Notes: generated by a model from the sequence alone, not told the origin. DNA of 41,631 nt from a virus (IMGVR_UViG_3300032270_000152:1-41631), one strand, 5' to 3'. Shown: positions 7,356 through 17,649, counted from the stretch's first letter. Numbers and translations: made by a program.

Positions 7356-10300
7356 TTACACGCGCTTGCCGTAACCGGTTGCACTGTATGTGAAGTTACG
7401 GTCCACTGCTGTGCCAGCACTGTTCCTGAAGGTAATCGTGAAGCCAGTGCCACTGATGCTGGTGATCTGGTAGTAGTCGCCGCTGGCCATGTTTTGCGCC
7501 GTGATGCCGATTGCAGGGAAGACCGTACCGCCAAGCGTGTAGAACGGATCGTCGAACACCACAGCCTTGGATCCTGCGCCGCTGGCAATGGTGGCAGTGC
7601 TTTGGTCAGTGCGGCGCTGGAATGTCGCTTCATAGCCCAGCGCATCGATCAAGATGTTCTGCGATGTGTTGCTGCTTTCTAGTTGGGCCTTGAACTGGAA
7701 CGCCCGAGCTAGGAACGTGCCATTGACAAAATCCTGCCAATCAGACCACGTTGGCGTGCCGGTTGGATCGTCGTTGGTGGAGCGCAGCAGCAAGCGTGCA
7801 TTCACCTGATCAACCACGTCGCCATCGAAATTGGTCCAGTCATCAATCAGATCAAATCGGGCATCAATCGTGTCTGTCGGGTAAAAACCGCGAGTGACGA
7901 AATAACGCTTGAGGTCCAAGGCGTAGATCCCGCCAAGATCAAGGGTACTGGCAAACGTGTATTCGCCTTGCGTCAAGATGTTGCCCAAATAGTCGATGTT
8001 GCTGACCAGATCTAGGTCTGGGATGGCATCAAAGGATGAGTCGCCATCAATGGTCAGCGCATCAAATTCATCGCTGTAAAACACGCCATCCTTGGTGCCT
8101 TGGAACGGTGGAGCATCTTGATCTTCGCGGCGTGCATCAACAACGAGGTATCCCAGCGCATCGGGGAAATCAACGATGACACTTGCCTCGTTGACTGATT
8201 GCCTGCCACCATCATCTTCAAACTTGGCAAGGATCTGACCTTCAACCAATGGCACGATGGCCTCGGTTGCGGCACCTGCCTTGGCGGGGATCAGGTCAAC
8301 GCTGTCGCTCCATGTGCCGCTGCCATCTGTGAGGTTGGTGTGGCGGATGTAGATCTTGCCGCCTGTCTTCACGTCGAGGTCAATGGTCTGATCCCACCGC
8401 AGCCGTGCGCTATTGGCGCTGATCGGCTCAATGGTCAGATTGGTCACGTCTCCTGGCGGTGCGGTCTTGCCGACAAGCTCAAACTGCGCCGTAGCAGCAG
8501 GGCTGAGCTTGCCAAGGCCGTTCATGCTGCGGACTTGAACGTAGAGCGTGCCAGCCTTTAGCCCAGTCAGTCGCACCGATGGCGAGGCTGTTTCGAGCTG
8601 GCTCCAGTTGTTGTCATCAAGGCGGTATTCAACGCGGAAGGTATCAACACGCGCCACCGGGCTGATCCAGCTGAGTTCAACAGCCGTCAAGACGCTTTGG
8701 CCGTCGATGTATAGGTGTTCGGTGGCAGTGATTGAGCTTGGTGGATCAGGGACAGCGGAGAGATCGCTGATGTCCCTGAATTCCAGGCTCAGGTCAGACT
8801 CAATCGCGGCATAAAGGGATTCGTTGTACGAAAGCGCCGTGATCGAGAACGCGCCATCTTGCCCCTCGGCAACGCTGAGCACACGAAATAGGTTGCTTTG
8901 GATGTTGGTGGTTTCAATCAGAAAGACAGCGGCCGGATTGGGCGCCTCACTGAAGGCTGATGACACGGTGAACACGCTGCCAGCAATGGAACTGATGTTG
9001 CGCGTCTCAACAAGGCCTGTAGGCAGCAAAACTGAGATCGTCGGGCTGTTTGCTGTAGTCGTTGGCAGCCCGCTGGTGTTGTCAACCGTGATCGCTGTCG
9101 TGGTGGCAGACGTGATGCGTCCTGACCTCCTAGATCCTGACTTGACTGGATCGGCGATGCCAACCACCATGCCAGGCCGCAGCACAATGCCGGAGTCAAT
9201 GCTGACGCCGAAGCTGACGGTTTCGGTCAGGTTCTGCTCAGTCAGCAGCGCCCACTTACCGAGGCGATGGGCCTGGCCGCGGCTGTAGCAGCCAAAGGCC
9301 TTCAGGTCCTTGTTGATGACGCCGTATTTTGCGACTGCGTTGGAATCTTCGACATATTCAAACTCAACCTCGCCGAGTGATTCGTAGGACTGATAGGCGA
9401 CCGTGGCAGTGCTGTGGCGTGCCTTTTGCGAACTGCCGCTGTAGCTGAAGTTGCCATTAATGACATTGCTCGGCCCGAGGATATATTGCGAATCGATTGG
9501 CTTATCGGCAAGCACCACCATTGAGCCAGCGCCGTAATAGGCGATGCCTCGAAAGATCGAGACGAACTCCTGGATGATGTTGTAGACCTCATCTCTGCTG
9601 TTGAGCAGGACATGGCACATGAAGCGCGGCTCCAATCCGCCAAATCCATTGCTTACCAGCTCATTGCAGTATTGGCTGATTGCATAGAAGTCATAGCGGT
9701 CGAGGCTGGATTCTGGAATACCTGCGCCATATCGAGTGCTGGTGAGCAAATCCCACAAACACCAAGCTGGATCGGCGCACCATGTAGCAGCGCCGAAGGT
9801 GCCATCCCAGACGCCAGCGTAGGTGATGCGGCCTTTGTAAGTGGTGGTATCGACCGTGGCATTAGAGGGAAGGCGTACCTTGATGCCGCGAATTAGGTAT
9901 TTGCGCTGCGGGATGTTGTTGAACTGGCGCGAATCGAAGCGCAGATACGAGAGTGCGCTGTTTGGGTAGCGCAGTTTTTCGTCAATGATTTCGGTGTAGC
10001 TGGACCAATAGGTTATGTTTTGACGTAACGCACTGACCTCATCAGCCGAAACGCGAACCAACTTGATGTCAACGGGGAATGTGCCGGTCAGTGGCACGAT
10101 GTAGTCACGCTGATAGCTGTTCGTAGTTTTGCCGCTGATCGTGTCATCTTTGACTGTGGTATAGCCGCCGCCATTGTATTGAACCTGGATCTGAATCCGT
10201 ACCGAATGACCGACGATGTCACCGTCGGTTTCGCTGATCTGAAGCGAAGGCAGTTGGATCGTGACGCGAACGCGATCAACGTCGGTATCAGTGATGGTAC

Positions 10301-10643
10301 GAACTACAGGCGTAGGGTATGTGATTTCAACATTGACACCAGTCTCTGATTCAATGCCTTGAATGTTGGTGACAGCAGCTTGAGACTGCGTTCCGGTTTT
10401 GAATTCTGTGATGTAGCCAGTGAAATTAGCAGAGCCGGTAGGACCAAGAACAGGCGTATCGTTCAGATAAACACTCTTCAGCCCATCATCAAGCCCCTGG
10501 ATCTCCCCTTCGCTGAGCAGGTCCAGCACTGTGCCGTACTGAACTGACTGGAGTGAATCACTGGATTCAGTAGGCGTATGCTGCCCGCCGCCACCGCCGC
10601 CCTTGCCGCCACCGCCGCCTGCACCACGAATAAGGTCTGTCAT
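7356..10643 (-). CDS. tail tip attachment protein J (host specificity protein)
   Basis: DLLSEGEIQG, LRYPNSA, DPAWCLWDLLT..RYG, GCYSRGQAHRLGKW, FnIII-like repeats; 1095 aa; lambda gene order. Confidence 0.95.
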   Translation of the reverse strand: MTDLIRGAGGGGGKGGGGGGQHTPTESSDSLQSVQYGTVLDLLSEGEIQGLDDGLKSVYLNDTPVLGPTGSANFTGYITEFKTGTQSQAAVTNIQGIESETGVNVEITYPTPVVRTITDTDVDRVRVTIQLPSLQISETDGDIVGHSVRIQIQVQYNGGGYTTVKDDTISGKTTNSYQRDYIVPLTGTFPVDIKLVRVSADEVSALRQNITYWSSYTEIIDEKLRYPNSALSYLRFDSRQFNNIPQRKYLIRGIKVRLPSNATVDTTTYKGRITYAGVWDGTFGAATWCADPAWCLWDLLTSTRYGAGIPESSLDRYDFYAISQYCNELVSNGFGGLEPRFMCHVLLNSRDEVYNIIQEFVSIFRGIAYYGAGSMVVLADKPIDSQYILGPSNVINGNFSYSGSSQKARHSTATVAYQSYESLGEVEFEYVEDSNAVAKYGVINKDLKAFGCYSRGQAHRLGKWALLTEQNLTETVSFGVSIDSGIVLRPGMVVGIADPVKSGSRRSGRITSATTTAITVDNTSGLPTTTANSPTISVLLPTGLVETRNISSIAGSVFTVSSAFSEAPNPAAVFLIETTNIQSNLFRVLSVAEGQDGAFSITALSYNESLYAAIESDLSLEFRDISDLSAVPDPPSSITATEHLYIDGQSVLTAVELSWISPVARVDTFRVEYRLDDNNWSQLETASPSVRLTGLKAGTLYVQVRSMNGLGKLSPAATAQFELVGKTAPPGDVTNLTIEPISANSARLRWDQTIDLDVKTGGKIYIRHTNLTDGSGTWSDSVDLIPAKAGAATEAIVPLVEGQILAKFEDDGGRQSVNEASVIVDFPDALGYLVVDARREDQDAPPFQGTKDGVFYSDEFDALTIDGDSSFDAIPDLDLVSNIDYLGNILTQGEYTFASTLDLGGIYALDLKRYFVTRGFYPTDTIDARFDLIDDWTNFDGDVVDQVNARLLLRSTNDDPTGTPTWSDWQDFVNGTFLARAFQFKAQLESSNTSQNILIDALGYEATFQRRTDQSTATIASGAGSKAVVFDDPFYTLGGTVFPAIGITAQNMASGDYYQITSISGTGFTITFRNSAGTAVDRNFTYSATGYGKRV

Positions 10644-11293
10644 CGCAGTTGATCCACATCAAGGCCGCTGCTGATCACTGCAGAACCAGTGAACACGCGA
10701 CCGTAGGCGATCGGTACGGGCAGACCTTGTTTAGTGGTGTTGACGATGCCGCTGAAGGTAAATGATTCAAGACGTGCGGCTTCCTTGCCAACGTTGAAGC
10801 CCAACTGAGGCTGAGGGGAAATCATCTGCGCAACACCGCCAAGAATGAGGCCGGCACCCATAATGCTCAAAGATGTCGCCAATGTAGTGAGAGCCCCGGC
10901 GGTTCCGGCAGTTGCCGCAGCAGCGCCAAAGATGCTCGTTGTTCCGAAGATGCCCGCACCGGGCAGCAGGAAGGAAATCGCAATCAACCCAATGCCTGCC
11001 AACACGCTGCCAAAGCCTTCTCCAGCGCCGGTAATCACAGGCGTGATGCTGAAGACCTCACGCTCGCTCCAGGGCAGCACGAGGCCTTCGGGTGCGTCGT
11101 TGGTAATCTTCTCGCGGCCGACGGTGACGCGGAAGTGCATCCCATCGCCTTCGCGGTCAACAAACCAACGATCGAGGCCAGGGAAATTGACGCAAAGAGC
11201 TTTCAGCGCCTGCGCTGGCGTGTCAGCGTGAAATTCAAAGCGGCACTGGCCCAGCTTCTTGCGGAGTGCGCCGTAGACCTTAACGACTTTCAT
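10640..11293 (-). CDS. tail assembly protein I
   Basis: Ubiquitin-like N-terminus, Gly/Ala-rich hydrophobic middle, NTTKQGLPVPIAYG. Confidence 0.93.
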   Translation of the reverse strand: MKVVKVYGALRKKLGQCRFEFHADTPAQALKALCVNFPGLDRWFVDREGDGMHFRVTVGREKITNDAPEGLVLPWSEREVFSITPVITGAGEGFGSVLAGIGLIAISFLLPGAGIFGTTSIFGAAAATAGTAGALTTLATSLSIMGAGLILGGVAQMISPQPQLGFNVGKEAARLESFTFSGIVNTTKQGLPVPIAYGRVFTGSAVISSGLDVDQLR

Positions 11294-11993
11294 GCCGTAG
11301 GACCATGGCCGTGTTTTTCACATAATAGCCACCGTAAACATCACGGCTCGACAGCCTGCCTTGAACATGGTGCAGGATCTGCTGATCGCCAAGATAAATG
11401 GCACCATGGTTTGGCAGGTTGGCGCTGAGCTGCATCAGGATCAGATCGCCGCGTTGAAGATCAGCAAATGGGACCTGACGGAAGCCTTGGCTTTTGTAGT
11501 TGTCGATGTAGAGGTTTTCACCACGCTCCCAGAACAAATCGCGGCGCTCGAAATTGGCTAGGTACAGATTCCATTCGCGGGCGTACCAATCACGGATCAG
11601 GGCATAGCAATCGACGACGCCAAAGACAAATTCCCTGCCGACGTATGGCAGCTCGAAATTAGACGGCTCGCAGCCGCCCCATTGCTCGGTCTTGGGATTG
11701 ACGATCACCCATGGCAGGTCCGTGGCATTGCAGCTCAGTTGATCGGCTGGTGACGGCTGCGGCTGCGTAGTCGGGTGGCTATGGATGACAGCGACGATCT
11801 CGCCAGCGTCCTCGGCGGCCGCGTAGTCGGTTGGGTCAATGACGAAATGCTCCGATGGCGTGGCGGCAATGTTGCGGCAGGAAAAGTAGCGACGACGCCC
11901 TTTGACCACAACGACCAGACCGCAGCACTCGCGAGGATCCTCGGCCTTGGCGTGCGCGAGAATCTCAGCCTTAAGGTGATCGGTCAGCCTCAT
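11280..11993 (-). CDS. tail assembly protein K (JAB + NlpC/P60)
   Basis: ECCG, HSHP...PSPAD (JAB); DCYALIRDWY, NHGAIYLG, ILHH (NlpC/P60). Confidence 0.95.
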   Translation of the reverse strand: MRLTDHLKAEILAHAKAEDPRECCGLVVVVKGRRRYFSCRNIAATPSEHFVIDPTDYAAAEDAGEIVAVIHSHPTTQPQPSPADQLSCNATDLPWVIVNPKTEQWGGCEPSNFELPYVGREFVFGVVDCYALIRDWYAREWNLYLANFERRDLFWERGENLYIDNYKSQGFRQVPFADLQRGDLILMQLSANLPNHGAIYLGDQQILHHVQGRLSSRDVYGGYYVKNTAMVLRHESR

Positions 11994-13354
11994 TGCGTCA
12001 GCCCCGCTCCTGGGAATGATCCGAACGGCAGCTCGCTGGTTGCATCACCAAGCGGACCATAGAAACGCAACTTGCAGCTTGATAGCTTTTTGCCGCATAC
12101 ATCATCAGCACTGGCGCCAGATGGCACCAGTGCTAGGTATGCGTCGCGTGCGGTTTCGTAAGCTGTTTTAGCCGTAGCCTCTGCCGAGACAGCCGAGTTG
12201 TAGGCACTTAGGGCCGTGTTGTACGTTGACTGAGCAGCGGAGATGGCAGCGGCATTTGTTGCCCATCGCTGGATCCTGTAATTCTCGTATGAGGCAGAAC
12301 TGCTAACTAGGTCGCCACGTCGATACGTCGCACCTAGCGAAACAGCGGCATTGCTCCATTCTGCGGTTGTGGCTCCCGTTTTCTTGGTGTAACGCACATA
12401 ATCAGTGCTGGAGTTGTAGCGAGTCTCCTGTAGCGTGTAGTTTCCCTGCGCATAAGACAGGGCATTGGTTGCTGTGGCCAGAGTTGCTGATGTTGATCTC
12501 GTGGTGGCGTTAGCGTCTTGATATGTTGCCAGAGCGTCGTAATAGGCCTGCAACGTGGCATTGCTTGATGACGTAAGCCGTTGGTCGTTTGCACCAGCGA
12601 CTGGCGCCCCGGCATAGCCGCATTCCGCCGAGCGGTACTGCCATTGGCAGATGTTGGCGATGATTTGCCGCTTGGGAATCATCATGCCTGCCAGGTCAAA
12701 CTTACTGGCCAGTTCCCATTGCACCACGTCGCGTGTTTCGGCACTCTTGCGGTCGATGTACCAGATTTCATCTGGGAACTTCGCGTGCGGGTCAGCCGCT
12801 GCCTCGCCATCAAGAAACTTTTTCAACGTGCGGATGCGTGTCACGGTCGCACCGCCAAGGTCATTGCCTGGCGTGAACGCATTGGCGATGAGCAGCAAAG
12901 CGCTGATCTCGCCGCCGAGATTCGCGACGCTGAGCGTTGGCCGCGGCAGGGTGCCTGTATTGCCGTACTCGAAGCCCTCTGCCTGGATCGGCAGGCGGAT
13001 GTAGGTCTGACCGTTCCATACGATGTTGCCGGTAACGGCAGCATTGGCGCCAGCATGGAAGTAGTAGGTGTCAGAGCTGCCGTGAAGCGCAGCGACCAGC
13101 TTCAACTGGAATAACTCGATGATGGCATTAGGCGCCAGCGCCGCCAGCTCTTCGTAAACGCTGCTGATCGCCTGCCAGGTTGCCGTGCCGTCGGTGACCG
13201 TGCTGCCGATGTCGGTCGGCCATGCCGGCTCAGTGCTGGCGCTGGTGCCTGCGACGGTGCAGCGGAATACAAGGCCGCTGGTCTGTAGCGTCGTGGCGCG
13301 GCGTACATCACCGACGACGAACGCAGTGGTGGCGGCCCATGCCGTGAAGCTCAT
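11990..13354 (-). CDS. minor tail protein L with N-terminal extension and large insertion
   Basis: LPRPTLSVAN, RIRTLKKFLD, CQWQYRSAECGY ... CGKKLSSCKLRF, FGSFPG. Confidence 0.92.
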   Translation of the reverse strand: MSFTAWAATTAFVVGDVRRATTLQTSGLVFRCTVAGTSASTEPAWPTDIGSTVTDGTATWQAISSVYEELAALAPNAIIELFQLKLVAALHGSSDTYYFHAGANAAVTGNIVWNGQTYIRLPIQAEGFEYGNTGTLPRPTLSVANLGGEISALLLIANAFTPGNDLGGATVTRIRTLKKFLDGEAAADPHAKFPDEIWYIDRKSAETRDVVQWELASKFDLAGMMIPKRQIIANICQWQYRSAECGYAGAPVAGANDQRLTSSSNATLQAYYDALATYQDANATTRSTSATLATATNALSYAQGNYTLQETRYNSSTDYVRYTKKTGATTAEWSNAAVSLGATYRRGDLVSSSASYENYRIQRWATNAAAISAAQSTYNTALSAYNSAVSAEATAKTAYETARDAYLALVPSGASADDVCGKKLSSCKLRFYGPLGDATSELPFGSFPGAGLTQ

Positions 13355-13695
13355 GGCTCGAACACCTGCTCAAATGTCGCCGATAGGTTGGCCCTGCCGG
13401 TGTATGGGATCGCCTTACTCCATTCGCGGCAGATCCACTTGTAGGACGTTGCCGTATCAGGTGGCGTCCAGTCGAAGGATTCCTGCCCGCCGCGTGCATC
13501 AAGGAACGCTTCAAGCGTGTCGCAGTCCGCTTCGGAGATGTTGTTCCATGTCAGCGCCCATGACTTCGGGTTCTGATTCAATCCGAACGTCAAGCGCTGC
13601 TCGTAGCCATCGCCGAACTTGACGCTACGGACTGCTGGCCTGCTGCGCTTTTCGGCGCCGTAGGCAGGTGCTGGCGTGGAGGGAAAGGTAGCCAT
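13351..13695 (-). CDS. minor tail protein M
   Basis: VKFGDGYEQR...GLN, FLDARGG.ESFDWTPP, ATFEQVFEP. Confidence 0.95.
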   Translation of the reverse strand: MATFPSTPAPAYGAEKRSRPAVRSVKFGDGYEQRLTFGLNQNPKSWALTWNNISEADCDTLEAFLDARGGQESFDWTPPDTATSYKWICREWSKAIPYTGRANLSATFEQVFEP

Positions 13696-15824
13696 CAGGC
13701 GAGCAGCCCTCCAGGCCGTTTCTGCTTGATCAATTCCGATTGTACCGCTGCTGCCACTGCTATCCCGAGCTGCCTGCCTTGCGTCTGATCGCCTTGAACG
13801 CTGCTGCCGCCTGTGGTGACGTTAACGGTGACATTGACGCCAGCGCCACCGAAGCTGCCGGTCGGCGCGATGCCGCCACTGCGGCCTGGCATGAACAGCT
13901 CAGGTCCACGCTCGCCGACGAGATACGGCTGGCCAGCGGTGACGCTGCCGCCTTGGGCGCGTGGCTTGAACAACCCACCAAGCAATCCGCCGCCAGTACC
14001 GGTGCCTGACATCGCGCCGAACAGCGCCATATTGACGGCCACGTCGAGCAGCTTGTTGGCGATGCTGTTGAGCAGGTCAACGGCAACCTGCTGCAGGCTC
14101 TTGGTGCCGTCGATGGCACCTTGGATGGCATCAACGACGCCTGACTTGATCGACATGCCGATGTCGGCATAGAGCGATTTCAACTGCTCGGCAGCGCTGA
14201 TCTGTTGCTTGAGTGCTTGCGTCTTCTGAAGTGTGGTTCTGATGTCAGCCTCGTTGAGCGCAGGGTATTGCGCCTTGAGATCACGGATCTGCTGAGTCAG
14301 TATTTCTTCAGCTTCAGTGCCATTTAGCTTGGCCTGCTGCAGTTTGAGTTCATCCTCAAGTTGCTGCATTGCGCCAGCTGCTGACTTGAAGCGCTCCTTC
14401 TCGTAGGTGAACACATCGAATGCAAGCTGCCGCGATACAGTGGCAGATTGCACTGCTAGCTCATCAAGTTTGTTCTTCTTGGCTGCCGCTGGCAGTTCTT
14501 TATCGGTCTTAATCCTGATGGATTCGGCGTTAATGCGCAGCAATTCTTTTTGTGCTTCGCGCGCAAGGACAAGCGGCTGACTGCCTTGCTCCCTAGCACT
14601 CAGAATGCGGCTCTCTACGTCGTAGATAGCACGCGTTAAGTCCAGTTGCTGGCTGGATTGCTGTATCTGTTGCCTGATCCTTTCAGCCTCTTTCTCTCTG
14701 CGCTTTCTCTCTGCCTCCAGTTTCTTAGCCTCTTTATCAGCATCGCCAGCAGGTGCTAGCAAAGCAGGTACAGCCGTGTTGACCGGTCGTTGCTGGGTTG
14801 GCGTTAGCCCGACCTGGGCACGGCGAGCGACCTCGGCATTGATCATGGCATTGGTCATCTGTGCTGCCACTTCTGCCGGCTGACCTTTATAGATCCTGCC
14901 TCCAAGCTTCATTTGTACTTCACCTACGCCAAACACGCCTCCTGGAAGTGGCCCATAATCCCGAGAGATTGACGACTGGGCGCGTGCAAGCATCGCTTGC
15001 TTTTCTTTGTCGGTAATTGACGATGCTGCAAATGCTTGCCCCATACGGGTGACAAGATCAATGGCCACGTCTAAAGCACCTTTAAGTGCTGGCGTCAGGC
15101 TGGTTCCGATTGCCCTTGCGACTTGATCAATTCCGTCTTGCAATGTGCTGAACTTGCCAGCCAAGGTGTCCGATTGCGCGATGGCGCCATTGGCGTATTT
15201 GCCGCCTTTCTCGGTCAGCCTGACGATTGCCACTTCAACGGCCTGAGCACTGATCTGCCCTTTGCTTAGAGCCTTTTGGAACTCTTCACCCGTGAGGCCA
15301 TACATCTTCCGCAGTTCGCCTTGCAGCGCGATGCCACGTTCCTGAAACTGCAATAGCTCCTCGCCTTGCAGTCTGCCTTTCGCCTGTACTTGCCCGTAGG
15401 CAGTCACTAGACCTTGCAGCTCAGCGCCAGTTGCGCCGCTGACATCAGCCAGCCTGCGAGTCGTTTCGACGACGTTCTTTGCCTCGACGCCGAAGGCCTG
15501 CAACCGCTTAGCCGCGTCGATCAGCTCGGTGCTGGTGAATGGCGTTACGGCGCCAAGTTGTTGGAGCTCTGAGATGATCTGTTTGGCTTGTTGTGCGCTG
15601 CCAGTCAGAACCTGGATGCTGCGTGTCTGTGTCTCAAGCTCAGCGGTTTTGACAAAAACAAATTGCGCAGCCTGCATCGCTCCAAATGCAGCGAGCAATG
15701 GTCCCAGTGCTTTTGTCAGTCCGCCAATGGCTGTCTCTGCAGACCTGCCAGCGTTGCCGACCTGCTGCAGATTCCGTACTGCAGCAGAGCTATCTACCCG
15801 TACGTCTACAACAGCAACAGCCAC
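13695..15824 (-). CDS. tail tape measure protein
   Basis: Tape-measure domain (TPFTSTEL...AYGQVQAKGRLQGEELLQFQERG), coiled coil, C-terminal YLVGERGPELF; GTG start. Confidence 0.93.
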   Translation of the reverse strand: MAVAVVDVRVDSSAAVRNLQQVGNAGRSAETAIGGLTKALGPLLAAFGAMQAAQFVFVKTAELETQTRSIQVLTGSAQQAKQIISELQQLGAVTPFTSTELIDAAKRLQAFGVEAKNVVETTRRLADVSGATGAELQGLVTAYGQVQAKGRLQGEELLQFQERGIALQGELRKMYGLTGEEFQKALSKGQISAQAVEVAIVRLTEKGGKYANGAIAQSDTLAGKFSTLQDGIDQVARAIGTSLTPALKGALDVAIDLVTRMGQAFAASSITDKEKQAMLARAQSSISRDYGPLPGGVFGVGEVQMKLGGRIYKGQPAEVAAQMTNAMINAEVARRAQVGLTPTQQRPVNTAVPALLAPAGDADKEAKKLEAERKRREKEAERIRQQIQQSSQQLDLTRAIYDVESRILSAREQGSQPLVLAREAQKELLRINAESIRIKTDKELPAAAKKNKLDELAVQSATVSRQLAFDVFTYEKERFKSAAGAMQQLEDELKLQQAKLNGTEAEEILTQQIRDLKAQYPALNEADIRTTLQKTQALKQQISAAEQLKSLYADIGMSIKSGVVDAIQGAIDGTKSLQQVAVDLLNSIANKLLDVAVNMALFGAMSGTGTGGGLLGGLFKPRAQGGSVTAGQPYLVGERGPELFMPGRSGGIAPTGSFGGAGVNVTVNVTTGGSSVQGDQTQGRQLGIAVAAAVQSELIKQKRPGGLLA

Positions 15825-15850
15825 AGCAGGAACCGACCTTTGATGCCAGT

Positions 15851-16383
15851 CTACCGGCTGCGGCGTTTTGCCTTATCCATCTCCTGTTGCTCGCGCTTGC
15901 CTTTTACCTCGTAGTAGGCGGCAAAATGCACAAACTCATCATCTGTCAATTCTTGCCGCAACTGACTCACGGTCTTGCCTAACTCAGTCGCCAGGAAAAA
16001 CTCAAAGAAGAGCCAGTTGTCGGCTTCTAGTCGTTTTTTGCTGTCTCCAGGGATTCAGCTTGGCCGAGGCCAAACAGGAACAACTCAAGCTCATTCAGCA
16101 CCTGCTCCGGCAGTTCCCGTTGCAGTTTCACCGCATCAGCTGCGGCGAAGGCTTTGGTGCCGTCTTCAAGCTCAGCCTTATGGCACAGCATCTGCGTGCT
16201 GATGTCCAGCGCTTCATCGGTGCCTGAAAGCCCGGTGGCACGTTTGCGATCGGCGCGGGTGATTGGCGTGAAGTAGAGCGACAGCACCACCGTGCCATCC
16301 TCTTTCTTCACGTCAAACCGCCGACGTTGCGTCAGATCAAAAGCACCGGTGAGCAGGTCAACGGTGCGGGTTGTTGCAGGCAT
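15851..16383 (-). CDS. tail assembly chaperone gpGT (-1 frameshift product)
   Basis: A AAA AAC at 16039-16033; the -1 frame RLEADNWLFFEFFLATELGKTVSQLR... is open to TAG at 15851. Confidence 0.8.
16027..16383 (-). CDS. tail assembly chaperone gpG
   Basis: Lies between tail tube and tape measure genes; ends in a slippery site. Confidence 0.85.
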   Translation of the reverse strand: MPATTRTVDLLTGAFDLTQRRRFDVKKEDGTVVLSLYFTPITRADRKRATGLSGTDEALDISTQMLCHKAELEDGTKAFAAADAVKLQRELPEQVLNELELFLFGLGQAESLETAKND

Positions 16384-16802
16384 CAGACACTCAGAGTGAT
16401 TGTTCCGTTCATGGTGAAGTTGATCGTCACCATTTCAAGCTCGCCGACAGTGGCGCCGTATTCGGTGGAGTTGATCACGATGCTACCCGTGATCTTCTTG
16501 CCGCCAGTTTCATCAAGGTACAGCTCAACGAAGGCATTGCCTTCATCGGTTGCTGTGCCGACATCCTTGATCAGGTCCAGCTTATCGCCGGCACCTGGAG
16601 CATCGTACAGCACCTCCATGCTGCCGGTACCACCAAGGAGTCCGCCAATGTTGGCCTTGTAGGTTGCGCCTTGAGCGGTGGTCTCAAGAACATCCTTTTC
16701 CACGGTCATTGACCATGAACGCACGGCAGCGATCTCGGAGATGCCGCCGCTGCTGTCTTTATCGAAAAAGACAGTACCTTGCTCGCCGCGATAGAAAGCC
16801 AT
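16383..16802 (-). CDS. major tail (tube) protein, copy 2
   Basis: MAFYRGEQG...RSWSMTVEKDVLETT...EYGATVGELE; paralog of 16805..17221. Confidence 0.85.
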   Translation of the reverse strand: MAFYRGEQGTVFFDKDSSGGISEIAAVRSWSMTVEKDVLETTAQGATYKANIGGLLGGTGSMEVLYDAPGAGDKLDLIKDVGTATDEGNAFVELYLDETGGKKITGSIVINSTEYGATVGELEMVTINFTMNGTITLSV

Positions 16803-16804
16803 GA

Positions 16805-17221
16805 TCAGATCGAGGTGGTGATGGTACCGGAAGTGGTGAAGTTACAGGTGATAACTTCAAGCTCGCCGACGGTGGCGCCATACTCGGCGGAAGTGATCAG
16901 CCCGGTGAAGCTAATCTTCTTGGTGCCGCTGGTGTCAAGGAACAGCTCAAAGGTGGCTGTCGCTCCATCAGTGGCGGTATTGGCCGCCTTGATGAAGACA
17001 TTAGTCTCATCAGCACTTGATGCGGTATAGAGCACCTCAACGGTGCCGCTACCGCCGATCAGGCCGCCGATGTTGGACTTGTAGGTGGCGCCCAGAGCGG
17101 TGGTTTCCAGCACGTCCTTTTCAATGGTCATCGACCATGAACGCGTGGATGCGATGGTGGTGTTGGCTGAGCCTGCATCGTCAAACTTGACGGAGCCTTG
17201 CTCGCCTCGATAGAAGGCCAT
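16805..17221 (-). CDS. major tail (tube) protein, copy 1
   Basis: MAFYRGEQG...RSWSMTIEKDVLETT...EYGATVGELE; follows the tail terminator. Confidence 0.85.
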   Translation of the reverse strand: MAFYRGEQGSVKFDDAGSANTTIASTRSWSMTIEKDVLETTALGATYKSNIGGLIGGSGTVEVLYTASSADETNVFIKAANTATDGATATFELFLDTSGTKKISFTGLITSAEYGATVGELEVITCNFTTSGTITTSI

Positions 17222-17223
17222 GG

Positions 17224-17649
17224 TTAGAGATCCTCGAAGGTTTCAAAGGTCATGCGGACCTGTGATTGGAAATAGCCTTCAGGAGATGGCGCAGCCATGA
17301 CCTCCGGCCCGGTTGGGGGATCGAAGTGAACTCCCGACACGATAACCCTATTGTAGAGATTGCGAACACGCTTGCCGATCACAAGGTTCGCGCCAGGACC
17401 AACGCCTTTAGGGGTGAAGATGTTGACGACGACGACACCGATGACGCTGTTGTTGCTGCCGGTAGTGCCGCCCATCGTCAGATAGGAGTTGTTGCCGAAG
17501 CTGACAAGACATTGGAGCCAAGTACTGTCCGGTGTCGGCGTGTATGCCATGTTGTGGAACACCACTGCATAGGACGGCGATTGCGCCATCTCCGTGGCCA
17601 GCCTGCCCTCGATGGTGGCACGGACGGTGTTCAGGTCAATAGCAGCCAT
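17224..17649 (-). CDS. tail terminator protein
   Basis: Size and position; GVVVVNIFTPKGVG pattern. Confidence 0.75.
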   Translation of the reverse strand: MAAIDLNTVRATIEGRLATEMAQSPSYAVVFHNMAYTPTPDSTWLQCLVSFGNNSYLTMGGTTGSNNSVIGVVVVNIFTPKGVGPGANLVIGKRVRNLYNRVIVSGVHFDPPTGPEVMAAPSPEGYFQSQVRMTFETFEDL

